From positions 85,069 through 149,068 of IMG/VR virus record IMGVR_UViG_3300045256_000282: DNA of 64,000 nucleotides. The stretch is one strand, 5' to 3'. A program made the translations under genes and the position numbers. Shown here in pieces: positions 8,235 to 19,094 of the stretch. Numbering within the stretch: the stretch's first letter is position 1; each line of letters starts with the position of its first letter. The DNA comes from a virus. Under the pieces are notes generated by a model, which ran no database searches, was not told the origin of the DNA, and worked only from the letters and a program-made list of their open reading frames with translations.

Positions 8235-10856
8235 ATGGCATTTAATTCATCGGACCCCTTCGGGCTAGGCAAACAGATTGAAGACGTAGGCAGGTCCATA
8301 TCCGATGGCCTTAAGCAGCTTACCCAAGAAATTCAGGCCGGTAGCGGCTCGGCTTCCCCTGGACCATGGACAGAGTTTAAGGCCTCAAAAGAGGGTATGT
8401 TCCCATCCGTCCAGATCGACGGCGATCGTTGGAACCAACTTTACCCTTACCGGCTCGTTGTGTGGGACGCCGAACTAAAAAAGATCGTAGGCGCTGGTTT
8501 TGGTCAGTCTTTAAAAGAAAAGTATCAAAAGATAAGCCCAGACTCTTACAGGATAAGCTTTGAGCCTATGGCTAGCGCCTGGGAGTTTAGGCTTCCAATA
8601 ACACCTCAGCAATATTCCGTCTCTACTCCATTCACAGCCGTTACAACTGCTACTCAGCGCGGAATAGTTGAAGAGCACGGCGGTATCAAGTTTAAGATGA
8701 TCAACTGCTCTGGGAGCCTTGGTGTTTGGGCTAACAGAAAAAGCCTAAACGGTAAACCCGAAAATCCCTCGATCCTCACGACCCTTTTTTCTGGAACCAT
8801 CGAAGCGTTTCAGGGGGTAACTAATCAGATCGATAGGACCATCAGATCCATCACATCGAATCACCCAGCTCCCAAGCCAACAGAAAAAAACCCAGAAGGA
8901 TCAGACCTCGAGTCAACAGGGTATTACCAGATGCTTCTTCTGGATCAGTTTTTGGAGCAATACTCTGAGTTTAAGAAACAACCTTTTGCAAAAGATTGGA
9001 GACTTGTTCTTGATATCCCAAAAGAGAACCAGTCTTTCATTGTCACTCCTGTTCAGTTTACGTACAGCAAGTCTGCCGACTCTCCAAACGAAACCAAGTT
9101 TAACTTTCAGCTAAAAGCTTGGCGACGGATTGACTTAGCTGAAAAGGTTGCTCCTGCTACCTTTGACGACCTCACGCTTACCCCAGACCTTCTTAGAAAA
9201 GTAATAACTGCTGTTGAAGAAGCTCGAAGAACTATCGGCGCTTCCTATAACCTGATCAAGGCTGTTAGGTCAGATTTTCAAACTCCTTTCAACATCCTTA
9301 GAGAGATCTCATTATTTGCAAAAGATGCTGCAGGACTACCGGCAGCAGTTATTGATCTGCCAAGACAGATAATTCAAGATGCAAAATCGTCTTTAAAAGA
9401 TTCGATGAACAATCTTGATGATGCCTCTATTCAGCTTAATACGGGAACTTCAAAATCCTTAAAAAGCAGCCTTGCTACGGTAAAATCAACCTTTTCTTCA
9501 AGAGAAGGTATCTCCGACGCAGCGGTAACCTCCGGCCAAGTGGGCCTTTCTGCTAAGACAGCTCTCGATACTGATCCGTCTATCGATATCTTTAATAACC
9601 CAGAACAAAACTTTGACCTGTTTAATCTTTTAAGCGTTACAGACGTAAACTTCAACTTTGCTCAACAAGAAAGAATAGACAGTGATCTTGAGACGATACG
9701 AAACACTACGGTGGACGATCTTATAACTAAGCGAACTCAACTTTTAGAGCTTGCTCTTCAAATATCCAACGCTTTTGGTGCAGGAAGTCAGGATTACTCT
9801 GACATCTACGATACTCCGACTCCGTACAAAAGAATTCAACAGATGACGATTGATGAGTTTAGTATTCTAAAAAGCATCTACGATTCTATACAAGCGCTAG
9901 ATTCTATAACGTCAACCAACGAGCTTGATCAGGGTAAGAACGACAGCGCTTTTGAGTATGTAGGAAGCTTGGCTTCAGATTCTAACATACCCTTTGAAAA
10001 CAGCTTATCTAAGATACGAGTTCCAGTTCCGTTTGGGTTAAACATGGAACAAATGGCCGCAAGGTTTCTTGGCAATCCTGAGAGATGGATCGAGATAGCA
10101 ACTCTTAACGCCATGAGAAGCCCGTACATTGACGAAGATGGTTTCTTTTACAACTTACTTTCAAATGCAGACGGAAGACAGTTTAACGTAGAAACTAATC
10201 AAAACCTTTATGTTGGACAAAAGATCGTTCTATCAAGTCTAACCCAACCTCAGACTACTCGAAGAATCATCAACATTGAGCAGATCAGTCCGACCAACTT
10301 TCTTATCACCGCCGATGGCCTTGACAACCTCGATGTCTTCACGACCAATGATAAGGCCAAGATGAGGGCTTACTTGCCAGGTACGGTTAACAGTCAGGAT
10401 CAGATCTACATCCCTTCTGAACAAGATGTGACCGAGACGTTTTTAAGCAGACCCGTCCCCGCAACCAAGGGTGACCCCCTTGTAGGGTTATCAAAGATTG
10501 ACTGGCTTTTGACCGAATCCGGCGACATTGCTACGGACGCTTACGGGGATTTTAGGTTAGCCTTTGGTATCTCAAATCTTATCCAGGCACTTAAGATGAA
10601 GTTTTCAACCCCACCAAACAGGTTGCTAACCCACCCTGGATATGGTGCCGGGTTAACCCCAGGCATATCCACTGCCGATCTTAGAGATTCTGATGTGATT
10701 CGTCAGATAATCAAGTCTATTCAAAATGATCCAAGGTACGGTGATATCATAAGCTTAAATATCGATAGGGTTGGACCTAAGTACTCCATATCCTTATCGG
10801 TTACGTTGGCTGATGGAAGCGGCGTCTTTCCGATCAACTTCGTACTAAACGGATAG
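8235..10856 (+). CDS. Fused baseplate protein: tube-initiator-like N-terminus, LysM/tail-X-like domain and gp25-like C-terminus
   Basis: LysM-like 'MEQMAARFLGNPERWIEIATLN'; gp25-like end 'NLIQALKMKFSTPPNRLLTHPGYGAGL...IQNDPRY'; precedes baseplate J. Confidence 0.7.
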   Translation: MAFNSSDPFGLGKQIEDVGRSISDGLKQLTQEIQAGSGSASPGPWTEFKASKEGMFPSVQIDGDRWNQLYPYRLVVWDAELKKIVGAGFGQSLKEKYQKISPDSYRISFEPMASAWEFRLPITPQQYSVSTPFTAVTTATQRGIVEEHGGIKFKMINCSGSLGVWANRKSLNGKPENPSILTTLFSGTIEAFQGVTNQIDRTIRSITSNHPAPKPTEKNPEGSDLESTGYYQMLLLDQFLEQYSEFKKQPFAKDWRLVLDIPKENQSFIVTPVQFTYSKSADSPNETKFNFQLKAWRRIDLAEKVAPATFDDLTLTPDLLRKVITAVEEARRTIGASYNLIKAVRSDFQTPFNILREISLFAKDAAGLPAAVIDLPRQIIQDAKSSLKDSMNNLDDASIQLNTGTSKSLKSSLATVKSTFSSREGISDAAVTSGQVGLSAKTALDTDPSIDIFNNPEQNFDLFNLLSVTDVNFNFAQQERIDSDLETIRNTTVDDLITKRTQLLELALQISNAFGAGSQDYSDIYDTPTPYKRIQQMTIDEFSILKSIYDSIQALDSITSTNELDQGKNDSAFEYVGSLASDSNIPFENSLSKIRVPVPFGLNMEQMAARFLGNPERWIEIATLNAMRSPYIDEDGFFYNLLSNADGRQFNVETNQNLYVGQKIVLSSLTQPQTTRRIINIEQISPTNFLITADGLDNLDVFTTNDKAKMRAYLPGTVNSQDQIYIPSEQDVTETFLSRPVPATKGDPLVGLSKIDWLLTESGDIATDAYGDFRLAFGISNLIQALKMKFSTPPNRLLTHPGYGAGLTPGISTADLRDSDVIRQIIKSIQNDPRYGDIISLNIDRVGPKYSISLSVTLADGSGVFPINFVLNG

Positions 10857-10899
10857 GTAAAGACTGATGTTTTTAGTAGGATATGGCAAAGTAGGCAGA

Positions 10900-10911
10900 A
10901 CCGAATCTTTA
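10900..10911 (+). promoter_or_regulatory. Putative late-promoter motif ACCGAATCTTTA
   Basis: Core at 10904-10911, 19 nt before ATG 10931; the identical 12-mer recurs at 19968-19979. Confidence 0.65.
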
Positions 10912-10930
10912 AAGAAGAGCAGGTAAAAAG

Positions 10931-13900
10931 ATGGCAACTCCGCAACCAAAGTCATACGAACAGTTTCTTGGCGACATGCTGAGAGCCTATATCGCAAAAA
11001 CGGGCATTAACGACCTGAACACCGGGTCGGCTGTTACCGCATTCTATGAGGCCGTAGCCCTTGAGATCGCACGTACAAGCGGGGATGTGTTCCAGCTACT
11101 TAGGGACCTTTCGGTTGATCGAGCTAAGGGTGATGCTCTTAGAAAGATCGCTAAGGACGAAGGTTTACAAGAACTCCCAGCTCGGGTTGCCTCTGGACAG
11201 GTTACGGTTACCGACACGTCCTTTTCAAAGATCTCAACTAAGATCTACGCCGGAGCAAATCCCCCTAACATCGGATCAAACACCATCCTGGTGTCTGATG
11301 CGACAGATTTTCCTGCAGTTGGCAGTGTTTATATCGGCAGAGGAAGCCCTAACGTTGAAGGACCTATAGCTTACTCAGCCAAGACCCCTATCGGCGGTTA
11401 TTGGGCCATCGTCCTTACCAGCCCTACTACAAAGTTTCATAACATAAACGAATCCGTTATCTTGGCTCAAGGTGGTGTTCGAAACATCCAGGCAGGAACC
11501 GTAGTACGCGCCCCCGCGTCCGGCTCTAGTCCAGATATCAACTTCTCTGTCACTAAGCCAGCGGTTATTCTTGACGGGGAAACGACGGTTGATGGCGTCC
11601 AAGTATCGGCTCAAGAGCCAGGTACGGGTGGGAACGTCCCTATCGGTGCTATCCGAGAATTTAGCGCAGACCCTTTTTCTGGCGCTTCCGTAACAAACGC
11701 ACTCCCCTTTAAGACTGGGCGCGACGTTGAAACAGATGAAGAACTTCAGATTCGAATCAAAAGAGCAAGACTATCAAAAGGACTTGGTACGGTTCTTGCG
11801 GTTAAAAACTCCGTTATCGGAGCAACTCCTTCTGATGAAAATGCCACAATCGTAAGTTCAGAGATCTTAACTAGTTCTGATGGGCTGACAACCCTGTTCG
11901 TGGATGACGGAACCGGGTACGAGTCAAAAACTAATGGCGTTGGGATCGAAGTTTTAGTCGATGCAGCCATCGGCGGTGAAGATCATTTCCAACTTAAAAC
12001 GGGTGGAAGACAGACAAGCATCGCAAAAGCTTTTATCGTTAGTAACCTGAAGGCCCCGTTTGACGTTGCCGGTACCGACAAGCTTTCTATCTCTATCGGC
12101 GGCACCGTAACCGAGCACACCTTTTCTGATTCAGACTTCGTAAGCCCAGGTGGCGCTACCGGGTATGAGATCGTTGCATCTATCAATGCAAATACCGCAC
12201 TAGGTTTTAGCGCTGCTACGGTAAACGGTGGAACTCAGATTATCCTCTTTGGTAAGGTAGAATCAAACGAAGCAATTCAGGCGCAAGAAGTCACCTCTGG
12301 AAGAAACGTTGCTACCTTGATCGGTCTTCCTTCAAACAAGGTCGAAACTGCTCGTCTGTTTAAGAATAAGGTACCTCTAAGTAAGGATGGAGCAAAAGCA
12401 ACTATAAGCTCCGCAAAGCAAGTTGATTGGTCAGCATCGATCGCTTCTGGAGACACCCTCATTCTTTCTGTTGATGGAACGGCCTCAATTACTTATTCTA
12501 TCTTAGACGCAGATTTTATCGCTCAAGGAACTTACACTACGGTTTCTGCTGGAAACAGTCTTGAAAGCTGGGTTGCAGTACTCAACAATAAGCTGACAGG
12601 AGTTACGGCAGCAATCGTTGGCGAGAGAATCACGATCACCTCGAATCTTGGCCAATCTAATCGCGCTAAGGTGTCAATTGATGCATCCTCCACTTTAGTT
12701 ACCAAGGGTATGTTCAGCACAGCCGAAGGCTTGACGTCTTCTGGTAAGGCTGCAGACTATCAACTTTCTAGAAATACGGCGCAAGTCAGACTAAACACGC
12801 CGCTATCTGCCGGAGACAGCCTTACTGCAGGTACTCAAGATACTGAAGCTAGGATTCAATCCTCTCGGATCTTAGGAGGAACGGTCACCCTCTCCTCAGA
12901 CGCCTATTTTTGGCTAATGGTCGACGACGAGTTGGCTTCTTTGGTATCGACTGCGGTCGTAGCTAATACCATCATCAACGTCACAAAACCTTCTGCAAAT
13001 ATCGTAAGATACAGCTCAACTTCTCCTAGCGCCTTCTCCAACGTACAAGTTGGCGACTACGTTATCGTGTGGAGTCAAGAGCTTAGTGCAGCCAACCGAC
13101 TTGAAGGCAGAGTACATGCAGTATCGGCCCTTAACTTGGATATAAAAGTAGCCTCCGCCGAATATGCCGCCGCTGTTGTCGAAGGTCCTATTGTTTTTCA
13201 AGACGGTTTTGTAGTTTTAAGAAGCAAAAAAGTTCCTCAAAAATTTAAAGTTGGAGCTGGCACTAAGAGCTTAAGTGAGATAGCTGATGAGCTAAATCTT
13301 CAATCAACCAACTGTAAGTTCTCAGTTTTTGATGACGAGATTCTTGTACTTAATACACTTACAAAAACCGATAGCGGAGCTATCCTGGTTGTTACCGCAG
13401 ACACGAACGCTAAGCCGATATCTTTGCCTGTCGGAACCTCTAATACCAGCAACGAATCACTATATGCTTTTTACGAGAGCGGTTTTATTGAGGGTGGATT
13501 TCCTCTTTTTGTTCATTCTGACTTTGCTAGTGACTCAAGCGGAGTTCCTCCAGATTCTTACATCTCGTCAATCGGGACTGGAATTAACTTGTCTGCCGCT
13601 GGACTTGATCCCAACTTCATAGTTGGTTACTTGCAGCCGTACGGGAATATTTTGGACGCGCTTTCGCCATCAGAAAATACTCCCCTCGATAGCTATTCTG
13701 GATCTAACATCTCTATCGAGCAAGATAAGTTTGTTAAACGTCTCCGAGTAGGAGATCGCTGGTACGCAGCAAACCCTCTTGATTTTGGACAAGAAGAAGA
13801 GATGATCGTCGTTCTTGATGGGGATGCGTCAAACAAAACGTTTACGGTTCCTTTTTATCGTAGAACGAAGACCAACTCCACCCTTGCAGTAAATCCTAAC

Positions 13901-16900
13901 TCGTTTAACGCGTACGATCTTGACGCAGGACTTACCGCGCCTTTTACCACCTATTTCAGCTCTTCTTACAAGTTTGATAATTACAAGGTCTTAATGAGAG
14001 CAAGAAACGTACTGGACCCATCTGGGATTCAGAACGCCTTGCTCTACAGGTCCACCCAATGGGGTAGGTCTGGTGAGAAGGTTAATATTGGGTACATCTA
14101 CCCAACGTCGGCCAATTCTCCGATCAGCAGCGTAGTTACGGTTGATAAGAACGTAAACATCTCCATCTCGCTAAAATCTGGCGCAACGATTCCGACCACT
14201 ATTGACGGAAGCACCGAGTGGGATGTTACGATTACCCCAAACACCCCTTCTGCAGGGATAGATCAGGTGACCTATTCTTGGACTGGTACGGGAAGCGCTC
14301 CTGGGCTTACCGGATTAGCTGGAGGAGAGTATGTAAACATACTTTCCGGTTCTCAACTTGATCCAGCAAACACGGGCACGTTCAGGATCAGCACCGAGGC
14401 AGGCTTTGCACCAACCTCAACCAGCTTTACGGTAGCAAGACAGAATGGTTCCGCTGTTGCAGAATCAAACAAGGCAACTCTGGTGGCTAACGTGTTTAGC
14501 TTCTATGCCTCCTCTGCAACTACGGGGTCCGAAATACAGTCTTATGTTGCGTCTAGTCTTTCAAACTTCTTAGAAGCCACTATCGTTAACGACACCGGAC
14601 TTAGCGGCGGTGGAACTATAGTATTGAGTACCTTTGAAGATAGCGGTTTTACCTATAGCAGCATCTTCTTGAAGGACGGCTTAAACTGGATCGCAAGCAC
14701 TAACTTGGCGGGATCGCCTCAGTTTACATTCAAAAAATCCTTAGATCTTCCAACAGCTCAAGGGTACGCTTTTACTGACGGGGAAGAGATCAGACTTGTA
14801 CCAACCAATCTGGAGCAACTAGTTTCATTCTTAAACGTACTGGCCGTGACCGGATACACGACTCTTGGTAGGATCAATACTACCCGAAGAGACGGAAGAC
14901 TAGAATTGTCTACTAAAACGCTCGGTGGAGATGGGTCTGTTCAGGTGGTAGGCGGTCAAGCAAATGCCTCCGAAACTCCAGTGCTAGGCACTTCTCTTGT
15001 TTCGGAAAACAAGTACGTATTAACAAACGTGAACAAGTCTGGATTAGACGGACTTCATAGCGATCAGTGGGTTAGACTTGAATCTGCGAACAAGCAAAAG
15101 AAGGAAACTCTTTTCAAGTCTTCCATGAGTGTCCGTATCGAATCAAACGTCCCTACCTCCAACCAATCTACGATAACTTTAGGGAACAGGACACTAGCCG
15201 ATCGACACTTTGGGAAGCCAAGACACCACGTCCGTACTCGTTCGCGCAACTTTAAGGTTGAGCGTCAGGGTAACCTCACATGCTTTAGCTGGGACGGAAC
15301 TGGAACCCAGCCCTTTTTTGAAAAGCTAGTAAACTTAGACGACGCCTCTGGCGGAACTCTTAACGTTCAAAGGGTAACCGGAACAAGCGAAACACAGTAC
15401 ATCATCTTGACCGGCAACACCAACTTTACTGAGGTTTCTATCGGCGATCTGATCTCCGTACAGAACATGCTAAAATCAGCAAACAACGGCACGTTTCTGG
15501 TTACCGGCGTAAGTTCTGATGGTAAGATCTTAAGAGTGCTTAATGCTAACGGACAAGATCAGTTCTCAACCGGAACTTTTACGATCACGGACAACACAGA
15601 TATCTCAGGAGACTCCTTCATAGTTAACGGAAACGTTCTTATCGCAGGAGTTGACTTTGTCGTTGGCGGATCTGCGTCTGTTTCTGCTCAAAACCTAGCG
15701 TCAACGATCTCAGCACTTCCTGGAGTTAGCGCTACCTCATTCGGTAACGTTGTGACCATCCTTGCTGACAACGCTTCGGCAAATATCACGATCTCCTACG
15801 TCAATACCGTAGGTTCTCCGGGTGCCGTAGCATCTGGACCCTCTCTTGCCGGGGACACCTTTTCTTCTGGAGACTTCTCTTGCACTACAGAGGTTGCAGA
15901 AAACGATACCATCATCATTGGATCGCCTTTCAACATCCTGAACCAAGGAAAGTACAGGATTGTTAGACGTTACAATAACTCCTTCTATGTTGAAAATCTA
16001 AACTCGGTAGAAGAACTAGTTTCCATACCTTACAACCCAGTATCTTTGGGTTTTGACGGAACAACCGGGTTTGACATCGTAGCTTCTGATAATAAGATCG
16101 TCCTGTCTTGGGACGGATCTGGAACAGAGCCACAACTAGGAAACGCTAAGGTTGGCGATGAGATTACCTTCGGATCAGACTTCGCAGCTTCTAACCAAGG
16201 CACTTGGATGGTTAGTAAGTCTCAAGGTAAGTTAAAAGAAGTTACAAAGATCACAACGCCGCAAGGAAGCTTGATCGGTGCTGGTCAGTATTTCTATCTA
16301 AACGCAGCAGAAGATTCCACCCTTTACTATGTTTGGTATAAGGTGAACGGTATTGGTGTAGACCCTGCCGTCGTGGGCAGAACCGGAATCCTAGTAAATA
16401 TCGCTTCTACAGACACTTCTTCTCAGGTGGCTTCTTTAACTGCGGCAGCCATCGATGTGTTGGCAGACTTTGTTGCCACTTCGTCGGGAAGTTCTGTTAG
16501 GGTCACTAACGCAGCCTTTGGACCTTCTACGGATGCAGCAAATATCAACGTGGGTGGCGGCATAGTTATCCAGGTTGTTCAACAAGGACAAAGAACCTCT
16601 CTTGAAGCGATTAACGCTGCGGCAGTAAGCGAATCTGGAATTGTCGTAACTGACGTTCTTGAGATTCACAGACCTCCTTTCTTAACTTACGAGTATGAGG
16701 CCACGGTTGCAGACGATACGTTCATGATAACAAGTGACTTCTTAGGATCTTCAAATCAGGGTAACTGGAAAGTTCTTTCTGTTCTTGATCAAGACCGCAT
16801 CGTGGTTAGCGGCGCTATGTCGGATCTTGACCCGACCGGAGTACTTGGAAATCAAGGAAATCTTATCTTAGAAGAGCGCACTCCTTTTACTGGATACAAG

Positions 16901-17482
16901 CATATCCGCATGATAACCGTAGACCCAGCAAATACTCTTCAACGAGGTATCGTTGTTTTTGATACACGATACCAGTCAAACAGAATCAACGAGGCGTCTG
17001 GAACTCAAATTTCTGCGGTAGGCAAGATGGAGTTTAGTGAAGTTCTAAGAAAAGGTCTTGATAGTTACAGGTACGACATCGGTCTTATCGGAGAAGCAAA
17101 CAGGATCGTTTATGGAGAACCTAGAGACAACACCACCTACCCAGGTGTTGCTGCTGCGGGCGCGGAGATCTTCATCAGACCTCCTCTTATCAGGAGAGTT
17201 AAGGTTGGAGTGGCTGTAAGACTTGAAACAGGTATTCCGTTTTCTCAGATCGTTGAGCAAGTTCGTACCAACGTCTCGGCTTTGATCAACGGTAATCCGA
17301 TCGGAGTGCCGATCGCTATCTCCGACATCGTTGCGGCGGTCAATGCGATCCCCGGCGTTCGCGCTATGGTCATAACCTCTCCGCTGTACAACATATCAAA
17401 CGATACGATCAACATCGGTCCTAGCGAAAAGGCTAAGGTCATTGACCCAGTCAATGATATCTCTACTACGCAGATCAACTGA
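10931..17482 (+). CDS. Giant baseplate-J-like wedge protein (2183 aa) with many inserted beta modules
   Basis: J-type N-terminus (AQEPGTGGNVPIGAI...TGRDVETDEELQIRI) and J-type C-terminus (IGVPIAISDIVAAVNAIPGV) separated by about 1700 aa of repeated modules. Confidence 0.8.
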   Translation: MATPQPKSYEQFLGDMLRAYIAKTGINDLNTGSAVTAFYEAVALEIARTSGDVFQLLRDLSVDRAKGDALRKIAKDEGLQELPARVASGQVTVTDTSFSKISTKIYAGANPPNIGSNTILVSDATDFPAVGSVYIGRGSPNVEGPIAYSAKTPIGGYWAIVLTSPTTKFHNINESVILAQGGVRNIQAGTVVRAPASGSSPDINFSVTKPAVILDGETTVDGVQVSAQEPGTGGNVPIGAIREFSADPFSGASVTNALPFKTGRDVETDEELQIRIKRARLSKGLGTVLAVKNSVIGATPSDENATIVSSEILTSSDGLTTLFVDDGTGYESKTNGVGIEVLVDAAIGGEDHFQLKTGGRQTSIAKAFIVSNLKAPFDVAGTDKLSISIGGTVTEHTFSDSDFVSPGGATGYEIVASINANTALGFSAATVNGGTQIILFGKVESNEAIQAQEVTSGRNVATLIGLPSNKVETARLFKNKVPLSKDGAKATISSAKQVDWSASIASGDTLILSVDGTASITYSILDADFIAQGTYTTVSAGNSLESWVAVLNNKLTGVTAAIVGERITITSNLGQSNRAKVSIDASSTLVTKGMFSTAEGLTSSGKAADYQLSRNTAQVRLNTPLSAGDSLTAGTQDTEARIQSSRILGGTVTLSSDAYFWLMVDDELASLVSTAVVANTIINVTKPSANIVRYSSTSPSAFSNVQVGDYVIVWSQELSAANRLEGRVHAVSALNLDIKVASAEYAAAVVEGPIVFQDGFVVLRSKKVPQKFKVGAGTKSLSEIADELNLQSTNCKFSVFDDEILVLNTLTKTDSGAILVVTADTNAKPISLPVGTSNTSNESLYAFYESGFIEGGFPLFVHSDFASDSSGVPPDSYISSIGTGINLSAAGLDPNFIVGYLQPYGNILDALSPSENTPLDSYSGSNISIEQDKFVKRLRVGDRWYAANPLDFGQEEEMIVVLDGDASNKTFTVPFYRRTKTNSTLAVNPNSFNAYDLDAGLTAPFTTYFSSSYKFDNYKVLMRARNVLDPSGIQNALLYRSTQWGRSGEKVNIGYIYPTSANSPISSVVTVDKNVNISISLKSGATIPTTIDGSTEWDVTITPNTPSAGIDQVTYSWTGTGSAPGLTGLAGGEYVNILSGSQLDPANTGTFRISTEAGFAPTSTSFTVARQNGSAVAESNKATLVANVFSFYASSATTGSEIQSYVASSLSNFLEATIVNDTGLSGGGTIVLSTFEDSGFTYSSIFLKDGLNWIASTNLAGSPQFTFKKSLDLPTAQGYAFTDGEEIRLVPTNLEQLVSFLNVLAVTGYTTLGRINTTRRDGRLELSTKTLGGDGSVQVVGGQANASETPVLGTSLVSENKYVLTNVNKSGLDGLHSDQWVRLESANKQKKETLFKSSMSVRIESNVPTSNQSTITLGNRTLADRHFGKPRHHVRTRSRNFKVERQGNLTCFSWDGTGTQPFFEKLVNLDDASGGTLNVQRVTGTSETQYIILTGNTNFTEVSIGDLISVQNMLKSANNGTFLVTGVSSDGKILRVLNANGQDQFSTGTFTITDNTDISGDSFIVNGNVLIAGVDFVVGGSASVSAQNLASTISALPGVSATSFGNVVTILADNASANITISYVNTVGSPGAVASGPSLAGDTFSSGDFSCTTEVAENDTIIIGSPFNILNQGKYRIVRRYNNSFYVENLNSVEELVSIPYNPVSLGFDGTTGFDIVASDNKIVLSWDGSGTEPQLGNAKVGDEITFGSDFAASNQGTWMVSKSQGKLKEVTKITTPQGSLIGAGQYFYLNAAEDSTLYYVWYKVNGIGVDPAVVGRTGILVNIASTDTSSQVASLTAAAIDVLADFVATSSGSSVRVTNAAFGPSTDAANINVGGGIVIQVVQQGQRTSLEAINAAAVSESGIVVTDVLEIHRPPFLTYEYEATVADDTFMITSDFLGSSNQGNWKVLSVLDQDRIVVSGAMSDLDPTGVLGNQGNLILEERTPFTGYKHIRMITVDPANTLQRGIVVFDTRYQSNRINEASGTQISAVGKMEFSEVLRKGLDSYRYDIGLIGEANRIVYGEPRDNTTYPGVAAAGAEIFIRPPLIRRVKVGVAVRLETGIPFSQIVEQVRTNVSALINGNPIGVPIAISDIVAAVNAIPGVRAMVITSPLYNISNDTINIGPSEKAKVIDPVNDISTTQIN

Positions 17483-17489
17483 GGTTTGA

Positions 17490-19094
17490 ATGGCCGATAA
17501 CGAAGAAAAAGAGTATAAGCGGTTAAGGGAGTTCTTAAATCCAGCAATTAAGGGTAAGAACACCGAGGCCGTCTTGCGCTCATTGGCAAAAGGTGCTGGA
17601 TACCTAGTAGATCAGGTTGAAGCTGTAAATGAGCAACTTTACATAGCAACCGCCTCTGAACGATACTTGGATCAACGTCTTGCCGACTATAACCTTGTTC
17701 GCCCACCAAACGTTGGTCTGTCTGACGACGTGTTCAGAGAGATCGGTATTGCTGTAATTAACAGGAAGCAAGTTAGGGACCTAATCGAGCAGCTACTTTT
17801 GGCGATGTTCGGCGACGAATCTACTAACGCAACTTCAAGAAGTTCAGTATTAGAACCCTACAACCTAGACGACGGCGACACGATTCAAATCTCTTTTGAT
17901 GGTCAGGATACCGTTACCGTTCCTTTTACAACAGACCAGTTTGCCAGCATAAGCAGCGCAAGTGCAGAGGAAGTTGCGGACGCCATAACGAGAGGTTTGA
18001 GAAAACAGGGTAAGACCGGAAGAGCTTTCGCAAAAGACGATGGCGCTGGTGGCTATGTGGTATTGATCTCAGATACTGTAGGTCCTTCGTCTTCTGTCAC
18101 TGTTCAAGGCGGTAGAGCGCAGAACGTACTCAAGTTTGATAAGATCAGACCAACGATCGCAGGCCCCTCAACAACCTGGACTGTTAGTCAGATCTCTGGC
18201 GGATCTCTTCGTTTTACTTGGACCTCTGGGGCGAATCCGGGGATCGGAAAAGTAAGAGAAGGTGATTATGTTAACATTTATGGTACTGCTTTTAATCTCG
18301 AAAATCGTGGCACGTATACGATCACGTCGGTCAAAGGTGGAACTGTAGGAAATGCCTACTTTGAGATCGACAATCCAAACGGCACTCCTCAGGTCACTAA
18401 TCAAGGGACCGTAGACGCCATACTTTTCTTTAACCCTTTCGTCAACAACATCAGCACCAAGAGACGGTTTGCTGCAGCGTATCAGGTTGAGTCAAGGCTT
18501 CTTGAAGTTTTTATTCCTGCCACCACTAAGGTTGTTCGTCGCGAACGAATCGGATCGGCACATCTGCACGATGACGGTCTGCCGAGCCAACCTGGAGTTG
18601 AAGGTCCTTACATTTATGATCTCGAACAACCGTTCGTTATCTCTAACGTTGGGACGACATCAAACACGCAGTATGATCCAGACACTGGTCGGGTTATCTT
18701 CGTAAATGATGCGTCGACTTTTCCTGACGAGCAAGGATTTCTTATCTTAGGGTATGGCACCTCTCACCAGGAAGGTCCCATTCCTTATCTTGCTAGACCA
18801 AGCAATGGCTCGCTGCTATTAAATCCTTCTTACAGGATAAAAAATATCCATCCTGCAGGAACTGACGTAGCTCTTGTTGCACAAACTGGACCTGTTGTCA
18901 TCTCAAAAGATGGAACAGATTTTCCTTTTTACATCACCGATGTTGTGGCGGGGCGCTTGTACGCTCAAGACCTCATCAATACGGTGGCCGCTACTGGTAT
19001 AAACGTTTTGATCACGATCGTTTACCCTGGAGATGAGGGATTGTCTAAGTGGGGAACTGACAACAGCGAAAAAGTATCGGTATGGGGTGAATAA
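17490..19094 (+). CDS. Baseplate wedge protein (P2 gpI/T4 gp7-like) with inserted modules
   Basis: 'TASERYLDQRLADYNLVRP...SDDVFR' N-terminal and 'INTVAATGI' C-terminal motifs typical of gpI-like proteins; follows J. Confidence 0.65.
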   Translation: MADNEEKEYKRLREFLNPAIKGKNTEAVLRSLAKGAGYLVDQVEAVNEQLYIATASERYLDQRLADYNLVRPPNVGLSDDVFREIGIAVINRKQVRDLIEQLLLAMFGDESTNATSRSSVLEPYNLDDGDTIQISFDGQDTVTVPFTTDQFASISSASAEEVADAITRGLRKQGKTGRAFAKDDGAGGYVVLISDTVGPSSSVTVQGGRAQNVLKFDKIRPTIAGPSTTWTVSQISGGSLRFTWTSGANPGIGKVREGDYVNIYGTAFNLENRGTYTITSVKGGTVGNAYFEIDNPNGTPQVTNQGTVDAILFFNPFVNNISTKRRFAAAYQVESRLLEVFIPATTKVVRRERIGSAHLHDDGLPSQPGVEGPYIYDLEQPFVISNVGTTSNTQYDPDTGRVIFVNDASTFPDEQGFLILGYGTSHQEGPIPYLARPSNGSLLLNPSYRIKNIHPAGTDVALVAQTGPVVISKDGTDFPFYITDVVAGRLYAQDLINTVAATGINVLITIVYPGDEGLSKWGTDNSEKVSVWGE

